Shown: positions 10,301 through 19,728, counted from the first letter of the stretch. The stretch: DNA of 64,000 nt from Antedon mediterranea (GCF_964355755.1 NC_092672.1:18985237-19049236), one strand, 5' to 3'. Translations and numbers: made by a program. Notes: a model not told the origin generated them from the letters alone.

Positions 10301-12029
10301 ACTATCAATCTAAGGGTCCTGGGTTCAAGTCAGGATTTTTTCTCATGACTATTAATTGCAACTCCACTCCCAAAGACTTGTAATAAGTCTTTGTTTTTGT
10401 AGAGCATCTTGTGTATATGTTTGTTCTGTGAACTGGAGAGCCACCTTTGAGAGAAGGACAGTGATTGAGTTCAATTATGGTTATCCTTGGCAATTTGCCT
10501 AAAATTGAATGAGATAAGAATGATGTACTGTACATTGGAATATGCAATTTGTTAGTCATCCTACTAGTACGTAGGGTAGCCTATCTTACACACATATTAA
10601 AATATATTCTCAACAGGAGGATCGTGGTACAGCAGAAAATGATGATTCGGACAGTGGCGGTGTTGTTGTTGTTGAACAAGAAGAAGATGTAAATGAAGGA
10701 GGTAGTTTGGAAATGGAATATGATGTAAGTAGAGTATTTATTTACACAAAATTACTTTTGTGTTTACAATCAAAGTATATTTATCAAAATGTTGGTAAAC
10801 TCAACCGTTTTTGTTTGTACCACAAATTTATAAAGTGTAGACATAAAGTAATATGTTTCTTTTTTTTATTCCTTACTAAATAAAGATAATTTTATTTTTT
10901 ATTCACAATGCATACAAGAGGAAATTGGAGTGGAGTTGTGGCTTGGTGGTTATGATGCTTGACTATCAATCTAAGGGTCCTGGGTTCAAGTCAGGATTTT
11001 TTCTCATAACTATTAATTGCAACTCCACTCCCAAATACTTGTAATAAGTTTTTGTAGAGCATCTTGTGTATACGTTTGTTCTGTGAACTGGAGAGCCACC
11101 TTTGAGAGAAGGACAGTGATTGAGTTCAATTATGGTTATCCTTGGCAATTTGCCTAAAATTGAATGAGATAAGAATGATGTACATTGGAATATGCAATTT
11201 GTTAGTCATCCTACTAGTACGTAGGGTAGCCTATCTTACACACATATTAAAATATATTCTCAACAGGAGGATCGTGGTACAGCAGAAAATGATGATTCGG
11301 ACAGTGGCGGTGTTGTTGTTGTTGTTGAACAAGAAGAAGATGTAAATGAAGGAGGTAGTTTGGAAATGGAATATGATGTAAGTGTAGAGTATTTATTTAC
11401 ACAAAATTACTTTTGTGTTTACAATCAAAGTATATTTATCAAAATGTTGGTAAACTCAACCGTTTTTGTTTGTACCACAAATTTATAAAGTGTAGACATA
11501 AAGTAATATGTTTCTTTTTTTTATTCCTTACTCAATAAAGATAATTTTATTTTTTATTCACAATGCATACAAGAGGAAATTGGAGTGGAGTTGTGGCTTG
11601 GTGGTTATGATGCTTGACTATCAATCTAAGGGTCCTGGGTTCAAGTCAGGATTTTTTCTCATAACTATTAATTGCAACTCCACTCCCAAATACTTGTAAT
11701 AAGTTTTTGTAGAGCATCTTGTGTATATGTTTGTTCTGTGAACTGGAGAGCCACCTTTGAGAGAAGGACAGTGATTGAGTTCAATTATGGTTATCCTTGG
11801 CAATTTGCCTAAAATTGAATGAGATAAGAATGATGTACATTGGAATATGCAATGTGTTAGTCATCCCACTAGTACGTAGGGTAGCCTATCTTACACACAT
11901 ATTAAAATGTATTCTCAACAGGAGGATCGTGGTACAGCAGAAAACGATGATTCGGACAGTGGCGGTGTTGTTGTTGAACAAGAAGAAAAAGATGTAAATG
12001 AAGGAGGTAGTTTGGAAATAGAATATGAT
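4301..12029 (+). CDS. piggyBac transposase N-terminal acidic exons 1-6 (predicted)
   Basis: Exons 4301-4387 (MARRMSADEAFAEYFADSDSENDILVSDD), 9531-9638, 9971-10063, 10617-10724, 11267-11377 and 11922-12029. All are phase 0, stop-free and D/E-rich, with GAT|GTAAGT donors; exons 2-6 have TTCTCAACAG acceptors. Confidence 0.7.
4407..4535 (-). repeat. 3' LTR of the gypsy element
   Basis: TGTTGTATAT...TATATAACA, identical to 8701-8829, adjacent to the polypurine tract. Confidence 0.95.
4705..8682 (-). CDS. Gag-Pol polyprotein (gag with 2 CCHC knuckles, protease, RT, RNase H, integrase)
   Basis: Motifs in PR-RT-RH-IN order: CYRCGNTGHKADHC and CNYCSKEGHLEKVC; LDTGS; RLPFG and ILDD; CDAS...DHKPL; HHCC and DFAGP..SDNG..AER. 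First ATG at 8682 (the ORF track starts at TTG 8694). Confidence 0.96.
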   Translation of the reverse strand: MSMAVIIGKVEEFDSSLEAWDSYTERLDQYFVANKVDDDRKVPALLALIGPKTYTLLKNLCSPEKPATLSYADLITKLTTHLCPKPSEIAERFRFYKREQHSGESIASYIAELRRLAIHCNFGNTLTSTLRDIFVCGLRQENIQKRLLAVHDLKLDDAIKTAVAMETASRDATEFQKTRTPNTTGESNVNKFTTKNYQSKRHQGHKQSKASTHCYRCGNTGHKADHCRHIHTVCNYCSKEGHLEKVCMKKKKDNNVSKPNTGNLKKNVQYVQGEEVNYEPMLYANHKSKVEPIIVVASINGKKIPMELDTGSSVSLIPELTYKKAFQSLPLQKTTIRLKTYSGETIVPIGMLNTKVCLNNHEEIAELLVVPLNGPALFGRDWLKKFKLDWHEIKAIDEAKATTKGLDEILEKHKAVFKDELGKLENIKASIYITENSKPQFHKPRNVPYSMRDKVEKELGRLQNQEIISPVKYSEWAAPIVPVQKKSGQVRICGDFKVTINPVMKVEQYPLPKIEDIFASLAGGQKFTKIDLKQAYLQMEVEDTSKELLTINTHKGLFRYNRLPFGVASAPAIWQRAMDQVLQNVPFTSCILDDMIISGKTTEEHLKNLDTVLERLEKYNLRVNREKCEFFKEDITYCGHVITEKGLQKSPDKIHAVINAPKPDNKQQMRSFLGLINYYRRFLPNLSSIVAPLNELLQNEKTWKWTNSCDEAFKAVKELITSDQVLCHYNPELTVKLACDASPYGLGSVLSHIMPDGKERPIAFASRSLTKAEKGYAQIDKEALGLYWGIQKFHTYLHGRHFTLVTDHKPLVSILHPQKSIPAMTAARLQRYALYLSGHTYDIEYRNTHAHGNADGLSRLPIPTDVIDYVDEASTFYTSQIERLPISSTEIRKETQKDQILSHVLDTVLKGTNKLPDQEAYTPYKRRLTELTCHQGCLMWGNRVLIPDRLRAAILNEIHDGHIGIVKMKNLARSYIWWPNIDCEIEQVCKSCIGCQQTSKMPKSAPVHPWEWPSAPWDRLHIDFAGPFMNSMFLIVVDAHSKWPEVYPMRSTTAQLTIEKLRIMFSQYGIPRQIVSDNGPQFKSEEFTDFMKANGIRHTTSSPYHPRTNGLAERFVQTFKLAIKQARGNSCCSLQQHLSTFLFKYRTTPHTLTKETPAKLLYGRNLRTRLDLLKPDLTATVLKGQDRMKFAKHCGTSIREFQPGQSVMVRDYRNTNQKWIPAQIQGKTGPLSYTVDTGLGTVWRRHADQLHPTMVNVTPTEIFTQDDHVPEILNPTDAPQSDNLTRNVNADTPVTTGSASLTQETAPIRRYPKRNNIRPPKRLDL
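8679..8693 (-). promoter_or_regulatory. Primer-binding site, tRNA-Ser(GCT)-type
   Basis: TGGCGACGAAGATG lies 7 nt from the LTR and is nearly complementary to the tRNA-Ser(GCU) 3' end (..CATCCTCGTCGCCA, recalled). Confidence 0.75.
8701..8829 (-). repeat. 5' LTR of the gypsy element
   Basis: Identical to 4407-4535; followed on the - strand by the PBS. Confidence 0.95.
8850..9500. repeat. CTAGGC/TAGGCCTA-rich low-complexity tract
   Basis: Dense degenerate ctag/ggcct words; similar tracts at ~17430-17680 and ~49230-49410. Confidence 0.75.
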
Positions 12030-12055
12030 GTAAGTAGAGTATTTATTTACACAAA
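9950..12055 (+). repeat. ~655-bp tandem repeat (~3.2 units), each unit = acidic exon + intron with a tRNA-like unit
   Basis: Near-identical units, with exon starts at 9971, 10617, 11267 and 11922. Confidence 0.93.
10266..10370 (+). mobile_element. tRNA-derived (SINE-like) Pol III unit enclosed by a 12-bp inverted repeat; further copies at 10927-11031 and 11582-11686
   Basis: A box TGGCTTGGTGG, anticodon-like arm CTTGA-CTATCAA-TCTAAG, B box GGTTCAAGTC, T6 run; flanked by GGAGTGGAGTTG/CAACTCCACTCC. Confidence 0.6.
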
Positions 12056-12067
12056 AAAGTATTTTTC

Positions 12068-12355
12068 TATAATAATAATAATAATAATAATATTACTTAT
12101 GTATTTTTCGTATTAAAATTAATATTACACAAAATCAAAAAGTTAAAATACAGTAATAACAAAAAGTATAATAATAATAACAAAAATTATAATAATAATA
12201 ATAACAAAAATTATAATAATAATAACAAAAAGTACAATAATAATAACAAATGAGTACAATAATAATAACAAATGAGTACAATAATAATAACAAATGAGTA
12301 CAATAATAATAACAAATGAGTACAATAATAATAACAAAAAGTACAATAATAATAT
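12068..12355. repeat. (ATA)n microsatellite and short AATAATAATAACAAATGAGTAC repeats
   Basis: Directly visible. Confidence 0.85.
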
Positions 12356-12966
12356 GTTGTTTTTGTGTTATTCTTTTCTATAACAATTTTTTATTTGTTA
12401 TTATTGTGAGATGGAATGATGATGTGCATTGGAATAAAATGTAAGTACATATTTTATATAACATATAGTAATGTAACATTAGTAATATAACATAATGCAA
12501 TTGTCGGATCTAGGTGATAGTTCTTGACTCATGCAATCCTCGCTTTTGACAGCTAAAATAAAATTATGAATTATTATTTGGTACCTATTTTTGAGAGACT
12601 ATGAATGTTACATGTTAGCGCTGCCCCATTCAAAAAATCCTGGATCCGCTCCTGAATTGTAGACATAATATGTTTCATTTGTTTTATTTTTACTAAAATA
12701 TTTTTTAATTTTTATTATTCACAATGCGTGATCATGTGTGAGGGAATCATGGTGTACATTAGAATATGGTGTACATTAGAATATGATGTACAGTAAGTAC
12801 TTTTATTTATTAAATATTTATTTACATACAAACAATTTCAAATAATTACAAAAAAAATGTGAATAAATTATGAATCATGATGTACATTTTGCTATGAATA
12901 AAATAAAATGAATTTGTATTTTACACACATAATATTTATTGAGTTTGGTACTTATATTCTCAATAG

Positions 12967-14663
12967 GTAGATGAAGAGGATATTGACGCGGTGGGCGAGG
13001 AGGACGCGGTGGGCGAGGAGGACGCGGTGGGCGAGGAGGACGCGGTGGGCGAGGAGGACGTGGTGCCATGGGTGGACAAGATGTGATTGGGAATCAACAT
13101 CAAGATGGTGATTGGGAAGCTAACAACTGGCAACCATTATATATCCCGTTCACTTCTGTACCAGGGCCAACGGATTCTGTCAATATAGAAAGGGATGAGC
13201 CAATCAAATTTTTTGAACTTTTCTTGACAGATGAATTTGTCCTGAAACTTGTAGATCAGACCAATCTGTACGCTGATCAAAGCATCGAACAACAACAACG
13301 CCTTAATGCACAGAAGGAACATTCACGCTCCAAGGCATGGAAACCAGTTACTGTCCAAGATATAAGGAAGTTTCTTGGACTTATGTTCCTAACTGGCATC
13401 ATTACAAAACCAGAGCTCCAGCAATATTGGTCCACTGACGAACTCATTTTAACCCCAATGTTCAGTAAGGTAATGTCGAGAAATCGCTTTGAAATTATTC
13501 TTTCATATTTCCACTTTAACGATAACAGTCAACGCCCAGCAGATTGCACAGACAGGCTTTATAAAGTCAGGCCTATCTTGGACCACATGCTGACCAAATT
13601 TCGAGAGCTATACACTCCTGGCCAAAATATATCAATAGACGAAGGGATGTTGTCGTGGCGGGGCCGATTAGGTTTTAAGGTTTACAATAAAGAGAAACCG
13701 ATCAAATACGGAATTAAGTCATATGTCTTAACGGATTCAGCCACAAGCTACTGCTGGCAGCTTAAGACTTATTGTGGAGTTGCCGCTTCTCTCGAGGAAA
13801 CCATTCTTACTTTGCTTGGTAACCTAACAAATAAGGGGTATCATCTGTTTATGGACAACCTCTACAACTCCGTAAGATTATCAAAGAGACTTTTAGAATT
13901 GGGAACCCATGTGTGCGGCACACTTAGAAAGAATAGGGGTGAGCCACCTGCTGTGCACAACGCCAGTACAAGCAATATGCAAGTGGGCGATGTAATTGCT
14001 TTGCACAAAGAGAACGTGTTGTGTGTTGCCTGGCGTGATAAACGTGTTGTGAAGGCTATCACGACAATAGGAGAAAATGGTATGGTGGAGGTAAATGTGA
14101 AGCAAAGAGGGGTACCGGGGGGTCGAATAGCCAAGATGAAGCCAACCTGCATTACACTTTACAACACATATATGAATGGTGTTGATAAGCTAGACCAGTG
14201 CATTGGATATTATCCATTTACCAGAAAGTCGGTCAAGTGGACGAAGAAGTTTTTTTTTTATATTTTGCAAATCGCAATGTACAACGCATATGTTTTGTAC
14301 AAATGCAAACTTCAAAGTCCTCAATGCAAATCACTATCCGATTTCATTACAAGTGTCATTAGGTCCATGATTAAAATGGAAGACGAAGAAGGAAATATTG
14401 TACCTGTAGATGAAGATGCAGCGGTGATAACTCCACGAACGCCTACAAATGACCCTGCAACACGACTAGATGGTATTATGCGTAACCACTCGCTTAAACT
14501 GATAGTTGGAAATGGAAATAAGCTTTATCACACACGAGTATGCAGAGTTTGTAAAAAGAAGGGTCTAAGAAGTGAGACAAGATATATCTGTGGATCATGC
14601 AACATACCCCTTCACAAAGGTGCATGCTTCACCAACTACCACTCGCTAAGAAAATATTACTGA
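12967..14663 (+). CDS. piggyBac (PGBD4-like) transposase, last exon/catalytic core (ORF 13068-14663)
   Basis: MSRNRF..I...FHF; DDD triad in SIDEG, FMDN and GVDKLDQ; KYGIK; C-terminal Cys-rich domain CRVC..C..C..H..C..H. Acceptor TTCTCAATAG at 12966; an RGG-coding 18-bp repeat lies upstream of ATG 13068. Confidence 0.93.
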
Positions 14664-15448
14664 TTCAGTGTATAAGGTGTAATTAATTCTTATAGGTGTT
14701 TAATTGTTTGGGTGTAACGTGTTTGATCAAATAAATTCTCCCTTGAAAAAATATAAATCAATATTAGAAATTGATAAAATACAGTAGAATATAAGGTAAG
14801 TAAATTGTAGATCATAAAATATATTGAAAATTTAAAAAAAAAGTAAAAAAAAAAAAAAAAAAAAAACATTAGCCAGTCTCATGTAGTCAGGTTAGCTCTT
14901 GCTGTGTTTCCATATTCATTTTTCAATATTTATTATATAATTTTATGAAATGTTCATATTTTTTTGTGACGTTCTTGGTTTCTGGTGACCACATCAAAAA
15001 TTTAATTCTGTTCTTTTGTAAATTGTTAATTATACTGTTCTTTTTATGTTACTATTATAATTATTATTATAGATTTTATACATAGATTATACCGTATCGT
15101 TTGGTGTAATTCCCACTCAATTTTACTTTTTGAGAGACTGTAGATTAGACTATGGTTCATAAAATCGGATGTAAAAAATAAGTGGGAGGTGGGATATACC
15201 CGATTATCTCTTAGTGTACATGAAATCTGTAATCTGATTGGTCAATATGTATGAGATATAATTCCGCATTACGCCCATTTACTTAGTCAAGCGGATCAGA
15301 AGGGTAATATATCCCGTATTACCTGTTTGATGTTTTTATGCGCGCGTTATTTATGTATTGTATTTTTATCGTTGAGCGCATGCGTAGTTGTGATTTCAAC
15401 CATCGAATATGAACACGTCTCTTGGTCAAAATTGGTTGTGTACACTAA

Positions 15449-16534
15449 GGCCCTGTTCAGACCCATGGCGTTAGACCGTTTTAGCGTACAACGTTACTAG
15501 CAAGGTCACGTTACAAACCGCAGAGAAAAAAACGAGGTGTTCAGACCCATAGCGTACGATTATCGTTACAACGGAAGTACGTCATTCAGGTTGTTTCTAG
15601 TTGCATATTCATGTGCTCTTACACACGTGTTTTCATCATTATTTCCACTGTATACAGGCCTAGATCTCAGCCCTACAATTATGACAAAATTTGCCGTAAA
15701 TAAAACATACCTCAGCATTTATTTAAGAAAAATATAGTAAAGCCAAATTTCTGTTTCTATTGTTTTTATTTTGTAGTAAAAAACATTTTCCCCAGGCTCT
15801 TGTGTTACGAAAATAAAGCAGGCCTCGTAATGATGAAGAAAAAAATGATTGTGATTAGTCTATCCAGTCCAGTCAAAGATTATATATTCTTTGGTCCAGT
15901 CGGTTGAAAATAACCCTTAACTTGCTAATAAAAGGGAAACAGCTCCCCTTGTTTGTTTACTGATTTTTTTAGGAGTTAGGGGGTTTTCAGCATTAAACTT
16001 GTCCAGTCTAGTCTGCCTTGTATGAATGAGTGACTTGATGTCCCAGGCTAGTTTTTAGCTTGAATGAAATGCGTGAATGGCTCTAGGCCTAGTTAGGCCT
16101 AGCTAGGCCTAAAAGCGGATGGGATCGTAGTCCCTTTGTTTAAATACAAGGTGCATGTATTTATGTCATTTGTTAGAAAATATAATGGTAATCAGTTGAT
16201 AATAGTTTGTAGCCTTTGTAACAGTTGTATTTGTAGTGTAGTTAGGCCTTATTTATTCTGGCCTTTTTGTTATTGAAATCCATCTCGCACATTGACGATA
16301 CAAGATGTCAGCCTAGGTCAAACCTTGTTTCGCGTCATAACAGGAAACGTTCTGATTGGATACAACGTTGACTTACAGTAGCGTCGTACGCTAAAACGGT
16401 ACTATCAACCGTTTTCCACTACAACGCTACAACCGTTGTACAACGCGTTGTACGCTAATCCCCAACTGTTCAGACACACATTCTTTTAGCGTCGTACGCT
16501 AAAACGGTCTAACGCCATGGGTCTGAACAGGGCC
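15449..16534. mobile_element. PIF/Harbinger MITE
   Basis: ~40-bp perfect TIR GGCCCTGTTCAGACCCATGGCGTTAGACCGTTTTAGCGTAC; TAA TSD (15446-15448, 16535-16537). Confidence 0.9.
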
Positions 16535-16925
16535 TAAGAGATAAAATCGTTGCACCCTGCTTGTTCTTACGGAATACGGGAAATATCTACGTTCTGATTC
16601 CATATTCCATTCGGTCTTCGGCCTCATGGAATATGGAACCAGATTGTAGATATTTCCCATATTCCGTGAACAAGCAGGGTGCAACTAATATTACCTCTTA
16701 GTGTACATGAATTCTGTAATCTGATTGGTCAATATGTATGAGATATAATTCCGTATTACGCCCATTTACTTAGTCAAGCGGATCAGAAGGGTAATATATC
16801 CCGTATTACCTGTTCGATGTTTCTATGCGCGCGTTGTTTATGTATTGTATTTTTATCGTTGAGCGCATGCTTAGTTGTGATTTCAACCACCGAATATGGT
16901 CCAATTGCTTATATGTGTACGCTAA

Positions 16926-17051
16926 AGCTCGGTTCCCACTAGTACGCAACGTAAGAGAGTTGACCAGTCACACGCGTTTGTTCGAGTAATTCATCGCTTG
17001 AGATTGGACAAATCACTTTGCGTTGCGTTACGTCCTAGTGGGAACCAAGCT
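16926..17051. mobile_element. Short Harbinger-like MITE
   Basis: TIR AGCTCGGTTCCCACTAG/CTAGTGGGAACCAAGCT with TAA/TTA flanks. Confidence 0.7.
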
Positions 17052-18425
17052 TTAGGGCTTATGGGTTCGACCTCATGGAATATGGAACCAGAATGTAGAT
17101 ATTTCCCGTATTCCGTAAACAAGGAGGGTGTAACTAATAGTATTCAGTATATCTATGAATGCAGATGTAATATGTAGAGTTAGGCCTAGGAGGGTGCTGA
17201 GTTTAAATAGGAAAATATTGCATTATCTGAATTATCAATAAACAACATAACATGTTGTGAAAAAGAAATGAAGTATTTTTTTCATTTATTCTGGTCAGTC
17301 TTATATTCCATCCATCAGTAGTTTGCTAGTACAGTATCACAGAAAGATTATTTTCACTGAAAGAACCTTTTATTTATGGTTGGCATGGGAAATTTACCTT
17401 CTAAGCTCGGAGTCAACAAAAGTCTGCCTAGGCCTAGCCCGTAGGCTAGGCCTAGGCAGACTAGCCCGTTAGGCTATGCCTAGGCCTAGTAGTACTAGGC
17501 CTAGGCTACGGAATAATAATATATACAGTATAAAGTTGTAGGCCTAAATAAATGAACTAGGCCGTGCTGACTAGACCTGGTGTGGATTCTTTATTTTGCG
17601 ATATTATGAAATAAGATTTATAAAATATAATACAAGTATATGAAGCTGGCGATTTGTTTAGGCCTAGGCTAGGCCTAGCTGTGCCGTGTTTACGTTTTTG
17701 GAAGTAGTGTTTTACTCCACGCTGTTTGTGTGTGGATAAATCGCCGCCGCGCCGCCTCTCCGCGCTGTGAGTGTGGGTTTTTGGTTTTCATATTGTGTGC
17801 AGCGGCGGGTCGGGGTAATTCATGCATGACCTGCACGAAATCGCGAATAACTCGGCTTTGTTGTGCGAAATGCGTAAAACGCCAAAAGTGGGTAGAATTT
17901 ATTTTACAATTACGATTGATATATTTTGATTTGAATATCGAGATTGGTACCAATGTAAAGCTGAAATGTTTGTGGTTCTTTTAGTGTTTTTTACATATAA
18001 ATCTGATCACATACGTACTCTCAAGGAGCTTGTAAAATCTTTGAATTTTTGCTAAAAATACTGGCGATGGCAGTTACTAACGCTAAAAAGCCCTGGCAGT
18101 CAAAGTGTTAAGTGAGGTTTCGCATTGCTTCAAATATGGTTTCAAAAACGGAGATGTCACACATTTGTGAAACCTTTGAGCAGATCCACATTTCATTCGT
18201 AAAGCGTATTTGTGTTGACGAATATCACTATTCATTCAACTACAAAACGAGTCATCAGGAATTATTAATTATAGATTTATTGAAAGTATTACTGTACTAA
18301 AATAAAAGTGATTACAAAAAACTCTGCTCGCTTATTGACATAACAGTTTTAAAGATATATTGTCCATCTGAAAAATATTTTTTATTTTAAATTTGTGTTT
18401 GAATGTGTCATTTTATTGTCACATA

Positions 18426-19253
18426 CCGTATATTTCGGTGTATAAGTCGCACCTGTGTATACAGTAAGACGCACCCCCAAACTGAGAGTAAAATATCGGT
18501 ATTTTTTATATCGTCGGTGTATAAGACGCACCTTATATTTCATCAAAACAATGTTTTTTTAAATTGTAATCAATATTATTGTAATAATATATTTTGTTAT
18601 ATCTGCAACGGCGTCCTTTATTTAGGTTTTTTCTTACCTAGGCTCGGCCGCACCCAGCCTCAACAGCCGCAACATCGAGTGCATGACCGTGTGTGTAACA
18701 CGTACGTGTGGGCTAGCCTCGCTCGATCATTTCGAGAGGGCGCACGTTTTCACGGACAATCGTATTCGATTAGTATCTGTGTATCCGAGAAGTGTGTACG
18801 CTAGGTCCATGCTATAATCACCTGGGAGAATATACTAGTCGAATACCGTACACCATGTGGCCGCCAAGAAGGGCTTGCGCTGGGGGTACGGCGATCGTGC
18901 GTATAACTACTGTATTACTATAAATAAATACTATTCCAATCGTACGTAAACGTTTAGAAATGAAATTTTATCGCTATAATGAACAAATCTTTTCATCATA
19001 TTTAGTATAACATCATGCTAAAATGCCTTGAAAACTAGGCAGAAGCAGGTTGCCGTTACGTTAGTTAGTTACTGTAGCTAGGGCCAGGCCTAGCCTACTC
19101 ACGCCTAGCAAACGAGGTGACGATAGCCTAGGCCTAGGCCTATGATGTACAATCTGTGGGGTGAGGCATTTATGTTCGGTGTATAAGACGCACCCTTAAT
19201 TTAGAGGTCAAATTTGCGTGTCAAAAGTGCGACTTATACACCGAAATATACGG
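18426..19253. mobile_element. Tc1/mariner-superfamily MITE
   Basis: TIR CCGTATATTTCGGTGTATAAGTCGCAC; TA TSD. The paralogous empty site (GTCACATAATAGTT) is at ~2133-2146, and a degraded relative lies at ~3615-3735. Confidence 0.9.
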
Positions 19254-19429
19254 TAATAGTTATTTTACCTAAAAAAAATTTAATTTAATGCAAAAAATAC
19301 TTAAATTGTCTGTCAGACAATGGTTTTTGAGTTGTAATTAAACGTTTCTTTTCTTTTTTTATGTGAAAAAATATTATTTTTTTGTTACAGAGTCTGTGTT
19401 TCATATCAGTCACACTTTAGTTTATTTTA

Positions 19430-19728
19430 TTGCTAAGGTCAAGTCTGGGGGTCACTTCATCATGCTTAGATACTTCATTCAAGTGTGAAGTATCCTCTGA
19501 CAGTGAATTATATAATATCATGGGACTCATAAATACCACAAATGCTTTGGGATTATCATTCAACCATTAGACTCTTTCCCAGACGTTTTTTGGTGGTACC
19601 TATAAATTACAGTTGAGTATACATTTTAGCAAAACTGTCAACCTTAGATTTATAACTGCTGCTTTACTTTCGGTTTCTTAATGAGTCATCCTCCTGGGAC
19701 GTAGCGGGCTAAAGCAGCAGCGTGAAAA
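19430..19728. ncRNA. Candidate structured RNA element of unknown family, copy 2
   Basis: Same conserved blocks and pairings as 2295-2636, with divergent linkers. Confidence 0.35.

Larger units (their letters stand above)
15202..17140. mobile_element. Two tandem copies of an inverted-repeat-bounded non-autonomous element (unclassified)
   Basis: 15202-15445 is nearly identical to 16691-16900. IR TTATCTCTTAGTGTACA/TGTACAC(TAA)GAGATAA; ~135-bp palindrome at 16550-16686, with a partial copy at 17070-17135. Confidence 0.6.
3980..18107 (+). mobile_element. piggyBac DNA transposon (~14.1 kb including nested insertions)
   Basis: TTAA at 3976-3979 and 18108-18111; perfect 14-bp TIR CACTTTGACTGCCA/TGGCAGTCAAAGTG; subterminal direct repeat TTGACTGCCAAACACGAAGATCTTCGTTTTT (3984, 4029); encloses a piggyBac transposase ORF. 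Confidence 0.93.

Noticed and set aside
10271-10345. Functional tRNA-Asp(ATC) genes (also 54811 and 55165)
   Set aside because: Acceptor and T stems are imperfect and the anticodon is atypical; treated as SINE-like.
12875-13069. Proline-rich PRP ORF on the minus strand
   Set aside because: Antisense shadow of the 18-bp RGG repeat.
18120-18320. Duplicated (mutually exclusive) SH2B exon 2 next to the duplicated intron segment
   Set aside because: The minus-strand sequence shows no open, PH-like exon; homology ends before the exon.
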